A stretch of 64,000 bases of DNA from a virus (IMGVR_UViG_3300032007_000006:1-64000); one strand, 5' to 3'. Shown: positions 1-7,746, counted from the first letter of the stretch. The notes: generated by a model not told the origin, from the sequence alone. Numbers and translations: made by a program.

Positions 1-18
1 TCCATCCATTGAAATATA

Positions 19-110
19 TGGCGGAGACGGTGCGACTTGAACGCACAACAGAGGGGTTTCCTCTGCACCTGATTTCCAATCAGGCTCCTTACCAGTTAGA
101 ATACGTCTCC
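19..110 (-). tRNA. tRNA-Ser(GGA), CCA encoded
   Basis: Reverse complement folds as a cloverleaf: acceptor GGAGACG/CGTCTCC, anticodon arm CCTGA-TT GGA AA-TCAGG, long variable arm, T-loop TTCAAGT, 3' GCCA. Confidence 0.95.
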
Positions 111-115
111 GTTTA

Positions 116-190
116 TGGAGCCTCCATACGGACTTGAACCGTCATCAAGTGATTACGAATCACTCGTTCTACCGATTGAACTATAGAGGC
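116..190 (-). tRNA. tRNA-Thr(CGT), CCA encoded
   Basis: Cloverleaf; anticodon arm AGTGA-TT CGT AA-TCACT, T-loop TTCAAGT, 3' TCCA. Confidence 0.93.
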
Positions 191-202
191 TCTTGAAATC
201 GT

Positions 203-748
203 CTAGGCCACCTTTTCTGGAGCAGGCTTCCATTCTGCATCGGAAATGGAATTCAGCTCATTCAGCGCCTCGGTCATGGACTTGGTCGTGCCAGCAAGGC
301 ATTCATTGCCCTTGAACTGAATGGCCTGCTTGTACTCATCTACGCATTCCTGAATGTATCTCGGTTCATTGTGCTGATACAGCTTCCATTTTTCGCTGGA
401 ATCATTGCGGACTAGATAGCCATCTGCCTGATCGATGTCATGCCGACCATACGCATTGTCTTCCCTCACTGCGGCAATCCAGTCTCTGGCCTCCATCCTT
501 GCTTCGGTAGAGACTTCATGCATGCTCTCCAGATCGTCAACTACGGAAGCAAGCATTTCATCAAATGACAGGTCATCATTCATGAACATGGCATTGGCAT
601 TGAACTTCTTCCTGGCTTCATCAATGAACTTTTCGTTGGAATATGCCGCTTCGGCAAGCATTTTAATGGCCCACCAGCGTCCAAACGTCTTCTTCCAGGT
701 GGCGTCAATCCTTTTAACGTCCTCAAGGCTCTTCACTTTGCCATTCAT
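203..748 (-). CDS. hypothetical protein (181 aa)
   Basis: ORF with strong SD (GGAGGAG), phage-like composition. Confidence 0.8.
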   Translation of the reverse strand: MNGKVKSLEDVKRIDATWKKTFGRWWAIKMLAEAAYSNEKFIDEARKKFNANAMFMNDDLSFDEMLASVVDDLESMHEVSTEARMEARDWIAAVREDNAYGRHDIDQADGYLVRNDSSEKWKLYQHNEPRYIQECVDEYKQAIQFKGNECLAGTTKSMTEALNELNSISDAEWKPAPEKVA

Positions 749-778
749 AGTATTTCTCCTCCTCTCCCTTATGATGAT

Positions 779-1105
779 CTACGCATCTATCCAGATGCTG
801 TATTCATATTCTCCAGTCGTCTTGTTCCAGACGGCATATTTCTTCCTTGAACCACTAACGCATTTAGGATCAATTCCAAGATCATCTTTCAGCCATTTCT
901 TCCATGCAGAGATGGCACCTAATATCTTTGCTTCATATGCAGAAACAACAAATTCAATTGAAAATCCAGTAGGAATCTTTTTTACGTCAACGCTGGCACT
1001 GAATACCTTCAGCGTCTGCTTCAGGCGCTTCAGAATTGAATCCCGAATGGAATCTTCATTCAGAACAAAACCAGATTCAAGCAGTTTAGCCGTATACGTT
1101 TTCAT
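779..1105 (-). CDS. hypothetical protein, possible capsid-targeted internal protein
   Basis: N-terminus MKTYTAKLLES resembles the T4 internal-protein capsid targeting sequence. Confidence 0.7.
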   Translation of the reverse strand: MKTYTAKLLESGFVLNEDSIRDSILKRLKQTLKVFSASVDVKKIPTGFSIEFVVSAYEAKILGAISAWKKWLKDDLGIDPKCVSGSRKKYAVWNKTTGEYEYSIWIDA

Positions 1106-1137
1106 ATAAAACTATTCTTTTGCTAATATTTGAATTA

Positions 1138-1230
1138 TGGCGGTGACGGCTGGCTCTGCCCCAGCGATGGACATTTCTGCCCATACTCCCTTAGCAGGGG
1201 AGCGGTTTTAGCTGACTCACCCACGTCACC
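1138..1230 (-). tRNA. tRNA-Ser(GCT) with non-canonical T-loop
   Basis: Acceptor GGTGACG/CGTCACC, anticodon arm CTCCC-CT GCT AA-GGGAG, long variable arm, T-stem GCTGG/CCAGC with loop GGCAGAG, 3' GCCA. Confidence 0.88.
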
Positions 1231-1239
1231 AGAAATATG

Positions 1240-1315
1240 TGGAGCCTTCCGCCGGGATTGAACCGGCCACCTCATCCTTACCAAGGATGCGTTCTGCCAA
1301 CTGAACTAGGAAGGC
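1240..1315 (-). tRNA. tRNA-Thr(GGT), CCA encoded
   Basis: Anticodon arm CATCC-TT GGT AA-GGATG, T-loop TTCAATC, 3' TCCA. Confidence 0.95.
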
Positions 1316-1333
1316 ACATCCATACTTATATGC

Positions 1334-1549
1334 TTACCATTTCACCTTTATTCCAAGCCTGTCATTTGCATATTCGCTGAAGCATCTTGGACAGTCATGA
1401 ATGCAATGTCCAACGTCTGTACCACCATCTGGACTCCATGAGAGCATCGGACAGTCAACCTGCCCATCAGCCCGCAATTCAGCGGCAATTTCACAGAGAA
1501 TGCGAATCTTCTTTTTGAGAATGGCCACGCTTTCCTTTGAAGGCTTCAA
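1334..1549 (-). CDS. small Cys-rich hypothetical protein
   Basis: TTG start after AAGGAG; CPM...CIHDCPRC. Confidence 0.65.
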   Translation of the reverse strand: MKPSKESVAILKKKIRILCEIAAELRADGQVDCPMLSWSPDGGTDVGHCIHDCPRCFSEYANDRLGIKVKW

Positions 1550-1563
1550 TGAATTGCTCCTTT

Positions 1564-1875
1564 CTACAGGCCATAGTTTTCAGGGAAGGAATGAAACCAG
1601 TCGGCAATGGCAAGTCCTGCATCGGTATAGACCCAGCAGCTTTCATTGTCCTTGGAGAACTCTCCAGCAAATGCAGGCCAGTCCTCCTTTGACCAGTGCC
1701 AGACAAGTCTTTTCTCCTTCAAAGCTTCAAGAATTGATTCCTCGCCATCATTGATATCCCTGTCCAGAAGCCGCCAGTTGCAGGCCTCTTCCGTACACCA
1801 CTTGTCTTCAGACACATAGGAAAATCTTGTGCCAAGCAGTGCCACTTCAGCTTCAGTCAAGGACAAAGGCTTCAC
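1564..1875 (-). CDS. hypothetical protein, winged-helix-like C-terminus
   Basis: SD AGGAG; LKEKRLV...YTDAG wing-like motif. Confidence 0.7.
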   Translation of the reverse strand: MKPLSLTEAEVALLGTRFSYVSEDKWCTEEACNWRLLDRDINDGEESILEALKEKRLVWHWSKEDWPAFAGEFSKDNESCWVYTDAGLAIADWFHSFPENYGL

Positions 1876-1884
1876 TGCATTCTC

Positions 1885-2241
1885 CTAGTCTAGAAAGATT
1901 TCAACTTCATCCGGTTCGGCCATCACCAGTTCCGACTTGTCCTGCCAGGAATATTCCGATGCAGAATGCCACTTGAACCACTCAAACCTTTCCTGAGGAT
2001 TCCATTCCCTTGCAAATTCGGAACCATCATTCATCAATATGGTCAGATCCCTGCTTACATGCACTTTGGACTCATCATGTTCATCATACTCCATATTTTT
2101 GGCCATGTCAATGAACTTGCTGAAGTCAACGCCATAGAGAACCCCATCATTGATTCCTCTGGCCCTCACGCACTTGACGTCCTCAACGCCATATCCGCAA
2201 GCACCAATGTAGTCACACGCTTCTTCGGCCAGATTCGTCAT
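1885..2241 (-). CDS. hypothetical phage protein, paralog family A
   Basis: Start refined to MTNL after AAGGAG; shares F..A....YD..DL.I.M.DGS.F.R....EWF motif with the next two genes. Confidence 0.8.
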   Translation of the reverse strand: MTNLAEEACDYIGACGYGVEDVKCVRARGINDGVLYGVDFSKFIDMAKNMEYDEHDESKVHVSRDLTILMNDGSEFAREWNPQERFEWFKWHSASEYSWQDKSELVMAEPDEVEIFLD

Positions 2242-2274
2242 GTCATCTCCTTGAACCACTCTTTCAGTAAGAAT

Positions 2275-2303
2275 ACTCTATCACAGACTGCAGCCACTGT
2301 CAA
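2275..2303 (-). promoter_or_regulatory. sigma70-type early promoter
   Basis: TTGACA-17bp-TAGAGT with extended TG. Confidence 0.75.
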
Positions 2304-2357
2304 CAGCATTTTTGATCATGTCTGGCCTGCTGGGACTTCCAGCAGGCCATCTCTGCT

Positions 2358-3077
2358 CTAGTCTAGAACATCGAAATAGAGGATGCAAAGTTCATCGCGG
2401 CTGGGACAGGCCATCTCGGGATTCTGCTCTGGCGCTTCATAGAAGTGGAACCATTCGGAGCCATCGGCCCACATGCGTCCAAAGAAGGAGCCATCCTTCA
2501 TTACAATGCAGAGATCTGAATGAATGGCTGGAACGGTACCAATGCGTTCATACTCAACGTCAGAAGCAATCTCTGCAAAGTGCTCAAAAGGAATGCAGGC
2601 AAAGCCTCCACGCTTCATTGGCACCTTGACATAGGCCACGTCTTCAACAACGCGGTTGCTGTTCTCAAGAACCTGCCTCACCTCTCCCATGAGGCTGACA
2701 GGCGCCTCCCATATGGAGTCCTCATCTTCATCTTCAGCATCGCCATCGGCGCATCCAAGGTCCTGCAGGGACAGATGGTTCTCCTTGGCGTAGGAGATGC
2801 AGGAGGAGAAGAAGTGAGCCAGCTCGGCGCTGGGAATCCATTCAGCGTTGGGAACTTCCTCGTCATTCCAGAGGAAGCCAGCAACGTTCCACTGGCTGTC
2901 AAGACAGAGCATTGCAGACTGCTGACCCTCGTCCCAGCAGACGGCGTCAGCGATGCTGGAGTCATTGCCGAAGGCTTGAAGCTTGGAGCCAGCGAAGGCC
3001 TTCTCCACGGTGAGACGGTCAAGACCACGGTTCTGAGCAGACTCGGACAGAACAGTGAAACGCTGAATAAGACTCAT
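2358..3077 (-). CDS. two-domain hypothetical protein, C-terminal half paralog family A
   Basis: SD AAGGAG; C-half VEDVAYV..EYE..DLCIVMKDGSFFGR..DGSEWF. Confidence 0.8.
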   Translation of the reverse strand: MSLIQRFTVLSESAQNRGLDRLTVEKAFAGSKLQAFGNDSSIADAVCWDEGQQSAMLCLDSQWNVAGFLWNDEEVPNAEWIPSAELAHFFSSCISYAKENHLSLQDLGCADGDAEDEDEDSIWEAPVSLMGEVRQVLENSNRVVEDVAYVKVPMKRGGFACIPFEHFAEIASDVEYERIGTVPAIHSDLCIVMKDGSFFGRMWADGSEWFHFYEAPEQNPEMACPSRDELCILYFDVLD

Positions 3078-3149
3078 ATCTTTCTCCTTGGAAGGGGTTT
3101 GGGGAGGCCACTCATCGGAGCGATGGCTTCCCTCTCTCGGTACAGAAGC

Positions 3150-3178
3150 AGCCTAGCACGGACCAGACAGACTGTCAA
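3150..3178 (-). promoter_or_regulatory. sigma70-type early promoter
   Basis: TTGACA-17bp-TAGGCT, extended TG, upstream A-tract. Confidence 0.8.
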
Positions 3179-3202
3179 GCAGATTTTTCAAAAATTTTTT
3201 CT

Positions 3203-3218
3203 TGCAAGAATCGTGCCA
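3203..3218 (-). promoter_or_regulatory. sigma54 (RpoN) -24/-12 box
   Basis: Minus strand TGGCACGATTCTTGCA matches TGGCACG-N4-TTGCW. Confidence 0.75.
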
Positions 3219-3239
3219 AACGCTGATCCCTCACTGAGA

Positions 3240-3617
3240 CTATATCCATTGAATAAAGAGAAGGTCTTCATTGACATCATCCGTATAGTCTGGCTCAATT
3301 GAAACGGTTCCTACATAATGCCAATGCTCTTCTCCAGTATGATGACTTCTTCTTTCGACATAGGAGCCATCCTTGAGCACAATCTTGACAAGTGGATCAA
3401 TGGCATAGACGCCTAGATCAGGATCGCCAGCAAATGGATCATAGTTGATTTTCTCCGCCACTCTGATGAAGCGTTCAGGCCTCAACACAACGCGATGGGA
3501 AAATGGCGAACCTGATTCAGAACGCTCCCTGCAGGTGACATAGAGAACGTCATCCAAAGTGCGACCATTGGAATCAAGTTCCTCTTCAAGTTCCTTCAGA
3601 AGATTTCTAGTTGACAT
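3240..3617 (-). CDS. hypothetical phage protein, paralog family A
   Basis: NLLKE..GRTLDDVLYV..INYD..IVLKDGSYVER. Confidence 0.8.
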   Translation of the reverse strand: MSTRNLLKELEEELDSNGRTLDDVLYVTCRERSESGSPFSHRVVLRPERFIRVAEKINYDPFAGDPDLGVYAIDPLVKIVLKDGSYVERRSHHTGEEHWHYVGTVSIEPDYTDDVNEDLLFIQWI

Positions 3618-3647
3618 TGAATCATTCCTCTATTCTGCATTCCAGCA

Positions 3648-3677
3648 AAGGAAAGGGCGCCTAGGCGCCCTTTCCTT
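3648..3677. terminator. 30-bp perfect palindrome, probable terminator
   Basis: AAGGAAAGGGCGCCTAGGCGCCCTTTCCTT immediately downstream of the 3698 gene. Confidence 0.7.
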
Positions 3678-3697
3678 GCATTCAGCATATAGAACCA

Positions 3698-4111
3698 CTA
3701 GGCGGCAATGTCCGTAGGCTTAGGCGTCAATTCCTGCTTTTTGAACATCTTGCACACTTCTTCATAGCAGAGAGAGCGCACTTTCTCCTTGAATGCTCCA
3801 TCTTCAAGATAGGCGCTTAACGCCCACGAACGATTGTCGTTGCATGCACTGTAGAAATGCAGCTTGAAGATTTTCTTGTCCTCTTCAACCAGAACAGAAG
3901 CGTCCTGCATCACAACGTCCTTGACGGCACTCTTGGTCCATCCAGTCTTCAGCATGTCCTTTGATACAGCCTTCACAAAAGGCTTCACAAACTCTTCAGT
4001 CTCCTGCACTTCCCCTGCCGCTTCGGCATCCTTCCAGCGCTGAGCGAAAAGATTGTTCATGTCATTTCCCATTTCACTGATGAAAGAACTAATAACGTCA
4101 TGCCTGTACAT
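3698..4111 (-). CDS. hypothetical protein
   Basis: SD AAGGAGG, 137-aa ORF. Confidence 0.8.
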   Translation of the reverse strand: MYRHDVISSFISEMGNDMNNLFAQRWKDAEAAGEVQETEEFVKPFVKAVSKDMLKTGWTKSAVKDVVMQDASVLVEEDKKIFKLHFYSACNDNRSWALSAYLEDGAFKEKVRSLCYEEVCKMFKKQELTPKPTDIAA

Positions 4112-4173
4112 ATTGCATTTCCTCCTTGAATAAACGGTTGTTACAACCGCTTCTTTTCTTGACGCAAAATCAT

Positions 4174-4446
4174 TTAATGATGAATTTTCTGCGTATTTTC
4201 CTCACTTTCGGCATCATAGGCCTTCCACCATTCAACCTCCTCCCTGAGAGATTCAAGATGGCGGTCAAGAATAATGATGGACGATTCAAGTCCAAGCCGC
4301 ACATGCAGCTGCCGAGGTTGACCACAGTCTAGGACGTCCTGAATGGCCTTGCTTGACTCCATCCATTTCAGCGACTCCAGAGCATGCTCAACACGTTCGA
4401 TGGCCAGCTGCAGTCCTTCAACTATCAAGTCCCTGTTGGGAATCAT
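4174..4446 (-). CDS. hypothetical helical protein
   Basis: SD GGGAG, co-oriented with neighbours. Confidence 0.75.
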   Translation of the reverse strand: MIPNRDLIVEGLQLAIERVEHALESLKWMESSKAIQDVLDCGQPRQLHVRLGLESSIIILDRHLESLREEVEWWKAYDAESEENTQKIHH

Positions 4447-4463
4447 GATTCATTCTCCCTGCT

Positions 4464-4643
4464 CTAGTCCATAAGAGCGTAGTCGTTGATTTCTCCAGTA
4501 CGAATGAGTTCCTTAAAAAGGATCTTGCAGAGGGCCTCATGCGTGTCCATGAGGCTGGATTTTATGACTCCTTCAGGAAGGTCTTCAATCGCTCCCTGAA
4601 GTTCATCTATCCATTCTTCAAGAACCTCACGCCTAGTTTCCAT
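4464..4643 (-). CDS. small hypothetical protein
   Basis: Start refined to METRRE after GAGGAGG. Confidence 0.7.
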   Translation of the reverse strand: METRREVLEEWIDELQGAIEDLPEGVIKSSLMDTHEALCKILFKELIRTGEINDYALMD

Positions 4644-5004
4644 AGAAGCATTCCTCCTCGCGTCTGTATCTGCATCCACAGCATGATGCTGCGGCGCCGC
4701 TGTCATGTTCGCCATTCAATCCAAGACCAGACAGATCAGCCTTTGCAACCTCCCTGTTTCCACGCAGAAACGGCTCTCTGCTCCATCTGGCCAGCAGTGG
4801 CTCTCCACCAACGTACAGCAGACGGATCAACGTCTTCTGGACGGACAGCACCCTGCAGGGATGCAGGGTTCGTGTCGTCCGAACGGCTGGAACGTTCGGC
4901 AGACTGGCCAAGACATAATCGCCAGCATACACCCTCTGACCAGCCGCATCAAAAGCATACGCTTCATCATGCGTATTCATGCATTTGCATCCACATTCGT
5001 TCAT
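4633..5004 (-). CDS. hypothetical protein (SH3-like DxxG..V..GD motif)
   Basis: FDAAGQRVYAGDYV motif; start uncertain (5004/5010). Confidence 0.65.
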   Translation of the reverse strand: MNECGCKCMNTHDEAYAFDAAGQRVYAGDYVLASLPNVPAVRTTRTLHPCRVLSVQKTLIRLLYVGGEPLLARWSREPFLRGNREVAKADLSGLGLNGEHDSGAAASCCGCRYRREEECFYGN

Positions 5005-5095
5005 TTGCATACAATCCTCAATGGAAGCGTTCACGGCGCTTCCATTGCAGCATCATATACTATTTTCATGGATGCGAATGCAGACTAAGCAGAAA

Positions 5096-5248
5096 CTAAT
5101 CCCATGCACCAAAGAAGGGGATCACGCCGAGAACGGCGGCCACAGCGACAGGAAGCTCGAGGTTCATCTCCCTAACCCAGCCAGCCAGCAGAACAAGGGC
5201 CACGCAGACAAAGGGCAGGAGACAGGCGTGGAACAGCTTAGGCGACAT
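5096..5248 (-). CDS. small membrane protein
   Basis: SD AAGGAG; two hydrophobic segments. Confidence 0.6.
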   Translation of the reverse strand: MSPKLFHACLLPFVCVALVLLAGWVREMNLELPVAVAAVLGVIPFFGAWD

Positions 5249-5284
5249 CTTGCTACTCCTTAGGGTTGTGCAGATTAGCAGAAA

Positions 5285-5314
5285 GCGGGAGGACGCTCTG
5301 GAAGCGTCCTCCCG
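5285..5314 (-). terminator. GC-rich hairpin terminator
   Basis: GCGGGAGGACGCT...AGCGTCCTCCCGC after the 5320 stop. Confidence 0.65.
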
Positions 5315-5319
5315 CAAGG

Positions 5320-5535
5320 CTAGGCCTTTTTGTACTGAGGGCAGTACAGCACCTCGGCGAAGGCGGCCTGCTTGCACAGGGAAGCGCACTTGAGACACTT
5401 CTTGGCCACGCCAAGCTCAAAAAACTCCTTGTCGGCTTTCTTGAACTTCTTCACAGCATTGTTCCAGGCCTTGGCGGCGGCGACAGCGGAAGGCTTCATG
5501 GTCTTGGTGACTTTGATGGTGAGGGCGACAGCCAT
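5320..5535 (-). CDS. small basic Cys4 protein
   Basis: SD AAGGAG; Lys/Ala-rich, CLKCASLC...YCPQY. Confidence 0.75.
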   Translation of the reverse strand: MAVALTIKVTKTMKPSAVAAAKAWNNAVKKFKKADKEFFELGVAKKCLKCASLCKQAAFAEVLYCPQYKKA

Positions 5536-5605
5536 GTGACAGCTCCTTGGTGAGGGTGAGGGAGACGCGCAGGAGGAGACACTCTCCCACGCTCTTGACA
5601 GAAAG

Positions 5606-5634
5606 ACTATAGCCTAGGCCGCGGCCGCTGTCAA
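5606..5634 (-). promoter_or_regulatory. sigma70-type early promoter
   Basis: TTGACA-17bp-TATAGT. Confidence 0.85.
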
Positions 5635-5659
5635 GCGAAAAGATCAAAATTTTTTCGCA

Positions 5660-5760
5660 TGCAAGACTCGTGCCATTCGGATCTCTATGCAAAAATCGTG
5701 CTAGCAAAAACTGCTATGCAAGAATCGTGCCAGACGTGATCACATGCAAGAATCGTGCCA
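5660..5760 (-). repeat. tandem array of four sigma54 -24/-12 boxes
   Basis: 16-mers at 5660, 5688, 5717, 5745 (period 28-29 bp); minus strand TGGCACGAGTCTTGCA, TAGCACGATTTTTGCA, TGGCACGATTCTTGCA x2. Confidence 0.85.
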
Positions 5761-5795
5761 CGCTGTCAAATATTTTTGAGCCACTGGAGACGCTT

Positions 5796-5921
5796 ATGGC
5801 AGCATCTGCCGTAGTCTTTGATGAACCCTACTCCACAGAGGAGAAAAGCTTTGAAGATGAGGTCCAAGAATGGATAGACGCTGGCCTCATTGATGAGGAG
5901 ACAAACGTGGAGGTAGACTAG
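5796..5921 (+). CDS. acidic microprotein (41 aa)
   Basis: SD GGAG; MAASAVVFDEPYSTEEKSFEDEVQEWIDAGLIDEETNVEVD; followed by a hairpin. Confidence 0.65.
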   Translation: MAASAVVFDEPYSTEEKSFEDEVQEWIDAGLIDEETNVEVD

Positions 5922-5927
5922 CACGGA

Positions 5928-5948
5928 GAGGGGAGCATTGCTCCCCTC
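5928..5948. terminator. palindromic hairpin between convergent genes
   Basis: GAGGGGAGCA-T-TGCTCCCCTC. Confidence 0.6.
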
Positions 5949-5963
5949 GTCTGCCAGACACTG

Positions 5964-6155
5964 CTAGCGGCTCTCCATGCTGGAGAGCAGAGCATAGATG
6001 ACTATGCAGACCAGAACGAGGCTGGCGCTAATCCAAAGCGGAGACAGCACCCACAGCCAGGACCAGTCTATCTGACCACAAAGCTTGAGAACGATAAAAG
6101 CTATGGTGAGCATGGGAACAAAGCCACCGAAGCTGACGTTGACGTTGTGATTCAC
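5964..6155 (-). CDS. small phage membrane protein (LKLxGxIDWSWxWVLSPLW family)
   Basis: GTG start after AAGGAG; motif widespread in phages. Confidence 0.8.
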   Translation of the reverse strand: MNHNVNVSFGGFVPMLTIAFIVLKLCGQIDWSWLWVLSPLWISASLVLVCIVIYALLSSMESR

Positions 6156-6205
6156 TGAGATCTCCTTAATTGAAGTGAGAGCATTCTCCGCTCTTGACAG
6201 GCGTC

Positions 6206-6234
6206 ACTGTAGACCAGACCGACCTTCCTGTCAA
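6206..6234 (-). promoter_or_regulatory. sigma70-type early promoter
   Basis: TTGACA-17bp-TACAGT. Confidence 0.8.
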
Positions 6235-6303
6235 GCGTCCTGGCGAAATTTTTTCTCTAACTCCAACCAGTTGAAATTATTAAGCAAATCTGAAAAAGCA
6301 TGC

Positions 6304-6425
6304 CTAATTGATCTTAATAGAGAGGAATGAGAGATATCCGATCTATATCTCCACTGGAATGAAGAAAGACGCTATAAAGAGACTGACGCGAAAAAGCAGC
6401 TCTAATTGATCTTAATAGAGAGGAA
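6304..6425. repeat. 24-bp exact direct repeat pair
   Basis: CTAATTGATCTTAATAGAGAGGAA at 6304 and 6402, each preceded by GAAAAAGCA. Confidence 0.85.
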
Positions 6426-6454
6426 AGAAAAAAATTTATAGAGCAGAAAGGAGA

Positions 6455-6605
6455 TGCTGGCGCGAAACGCAGTGAAGCGCCAGCAATGCCGCGTTAGCGG
6501 CATCAATGATGAATGACTTGAAGAAAAGCGGCTGACGCCGCTTGAGCCTGCTTCGCAGGCTCATCTTCAATTTTGTGAAGAATGATGGCTTGAAGCGATT
6601 TAAGC
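6455..6605. other. cluster of GC-rich hairpins (structured non-coding element)
   Basis: Stems at 6455-6485, 6486-6503, 6526-6543, 6543-6563, closing TTGAAGA/TCTTCAA, and 6588-6605. Confidence 0.6.
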
Positions 6606-6691
6606 ATGAAAGGGTTATATGGGCCAGGATTGCAGGAGGATGTGACATGATGCGTTCAAGCGATAGAAGCATAGCTTTCTAGCTGGCAGCA

Positions 6692-6718
6692 GGAGGAGCG
6701 TCTCCAGGACGCTCCTCC
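6692..6718 (-). terminator. hairpin terminator
   Basis: GGAGGAGCGTC...GACGCTCCTCC downstream of the 6743 gene. Confidence 0.6.
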
Positions 6719-6742
6719 ATGGCATGAAGCACAGTAAACTGG

Positions 6743-7036
6743 CTATTTCGCCTGAATGCTGGAGAAGCACTGGCAGTCATAGCTTTTAAGCCAGTTGAGC
6801 CAGTCATGCATCTTCACCTCGGCACAGGACTTGCAGCAGAAGTCCATTACTGGACAGCCTGCAGTGGCATCAATGCAGATTGGACATTCTCCATGTTCAC
6901 ATCTGGAATAGAGCGACTTGGCCTTGCTTTCAAGCTTGATTCCCTTCATGGCTTCCTCCTTGGACAATAAAAAAGGAGAGAGCAATGCTCTCTCCTCTGG
7001 AATGATGCTGGTGGTGTGCATGATCGGCATGTTCAT
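6743..7036 (-). CDS. Cys-rich hypothetical protein
   Basis: SD GGAGG; upstream GTAAATA late-type box (7054-7060). Confidence 0.75.
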   Translation of the reverse strand: MNMPIMHTTSIIPEERALLSPFLLSKEEAMKGIKLESKAKSLYSRCEHGECPICIDATAGCPVMDFCCKSCAEVKMHDWLNWLKSYDCQCFSSIQAK

Positions 7037-7072
7037 TGCAGTTCCTCCAGCGGTATTTACGCAGTAGTGGCT

Positions 7073-7714
7073 CTATTCTCCCCAGAAGGCCTTTTCTTCA
7101 GCAGTCTCTGGTTCCTTCCATATGCAGTCTTCCATGGGACATGACACTGGAACATCTTCATATGCCGCTAGCAGACGCTGATATTCATGCTTCGCCAGAT
7201 CATAGGACAGACCTTCCGAGGAATTGCTTTCATGCATTGCTTTGAACATTGAATGAATGAAGGCTCTGGTATGGGGATGCATTCTAGCCTTCTTCATTGC
7301 ATTGGACTTCCACCAGTTCCATTCATTCTGATAGAGTCCTTCAATCCTCCAGTTGTAGGCAATTGAAGCGCCCAGGCCATCGCACACCAGTTCAAGAGCG
7401 TCTTCAAATGGCATCCTGATCAACTTGACGCCGTGATCTATGTCGTCAATCCAGTATTCATGATGATGGCTGTTCATTCCCTTGTGGTGCTGCCACGCCG
7501 GCGACCATCCATATTCTTTCTTGGCCAGATTGACTGGACTCTGCAATGGATCATAGAACTTGACGTTTTCGAGAAATTCCTTTGGATGGAACTTGGACAT
7601 GTCATGCACAATTCCACGCCAGTACAGTCCAGCCTTGAAGCAGAACCATCCAACGCACAGCTTGTGTACAATGACTTTGAATGCGTATCTTGAAGCGGCC
7701 GCGGCCTTGTTCAT
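7073..7714 (-). CDS. DUF5662-like HD-type protein
   Basis: HK...HDMSKF...AWQHHKGMNSHHHEYW...RMP...ELVCD motifs; start uncertain (7714/7729). Confidence 0.8.
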   Translation of the reverse strand: MNKAAAASRYAFKVIVHKLCVGWFCFKAGLYWRGIVHDMSKFHPKEFLENVKFYDPLQSPVNLAKKEYGWSPAWQHHKGMNSHHHEYWIDDIDHGVKLIRMPFEDALELVCDGLGASIAYNWRIEGLYQNEWNWWKSNAMKKARMHPHTRAFIHSMFKAMHESNSSEGLSYDLAKHEYQRLLAAYEDVPVSCPMEDCIWKEPETAEEKAFWGE

Positions 7715-7746
7715 TGATTTTTTCTCCATGATGCACATTCCAGAAA

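Noticed and set aside
435-3302. Long plus-strand ORFs (435-1109, 2520-3302) and similar shadows such as 18889-19626 and 50341-51279
   Set aside because: Antisense to well-supported genes, with no SD and no recognisable motifs
5660-5760. Mini CRISPR array
   Set aside because: Repeats are 16 bp with 12-13 bp spacers, non-palindromic, and no cas genes are present; the sigma54 consensus explains them
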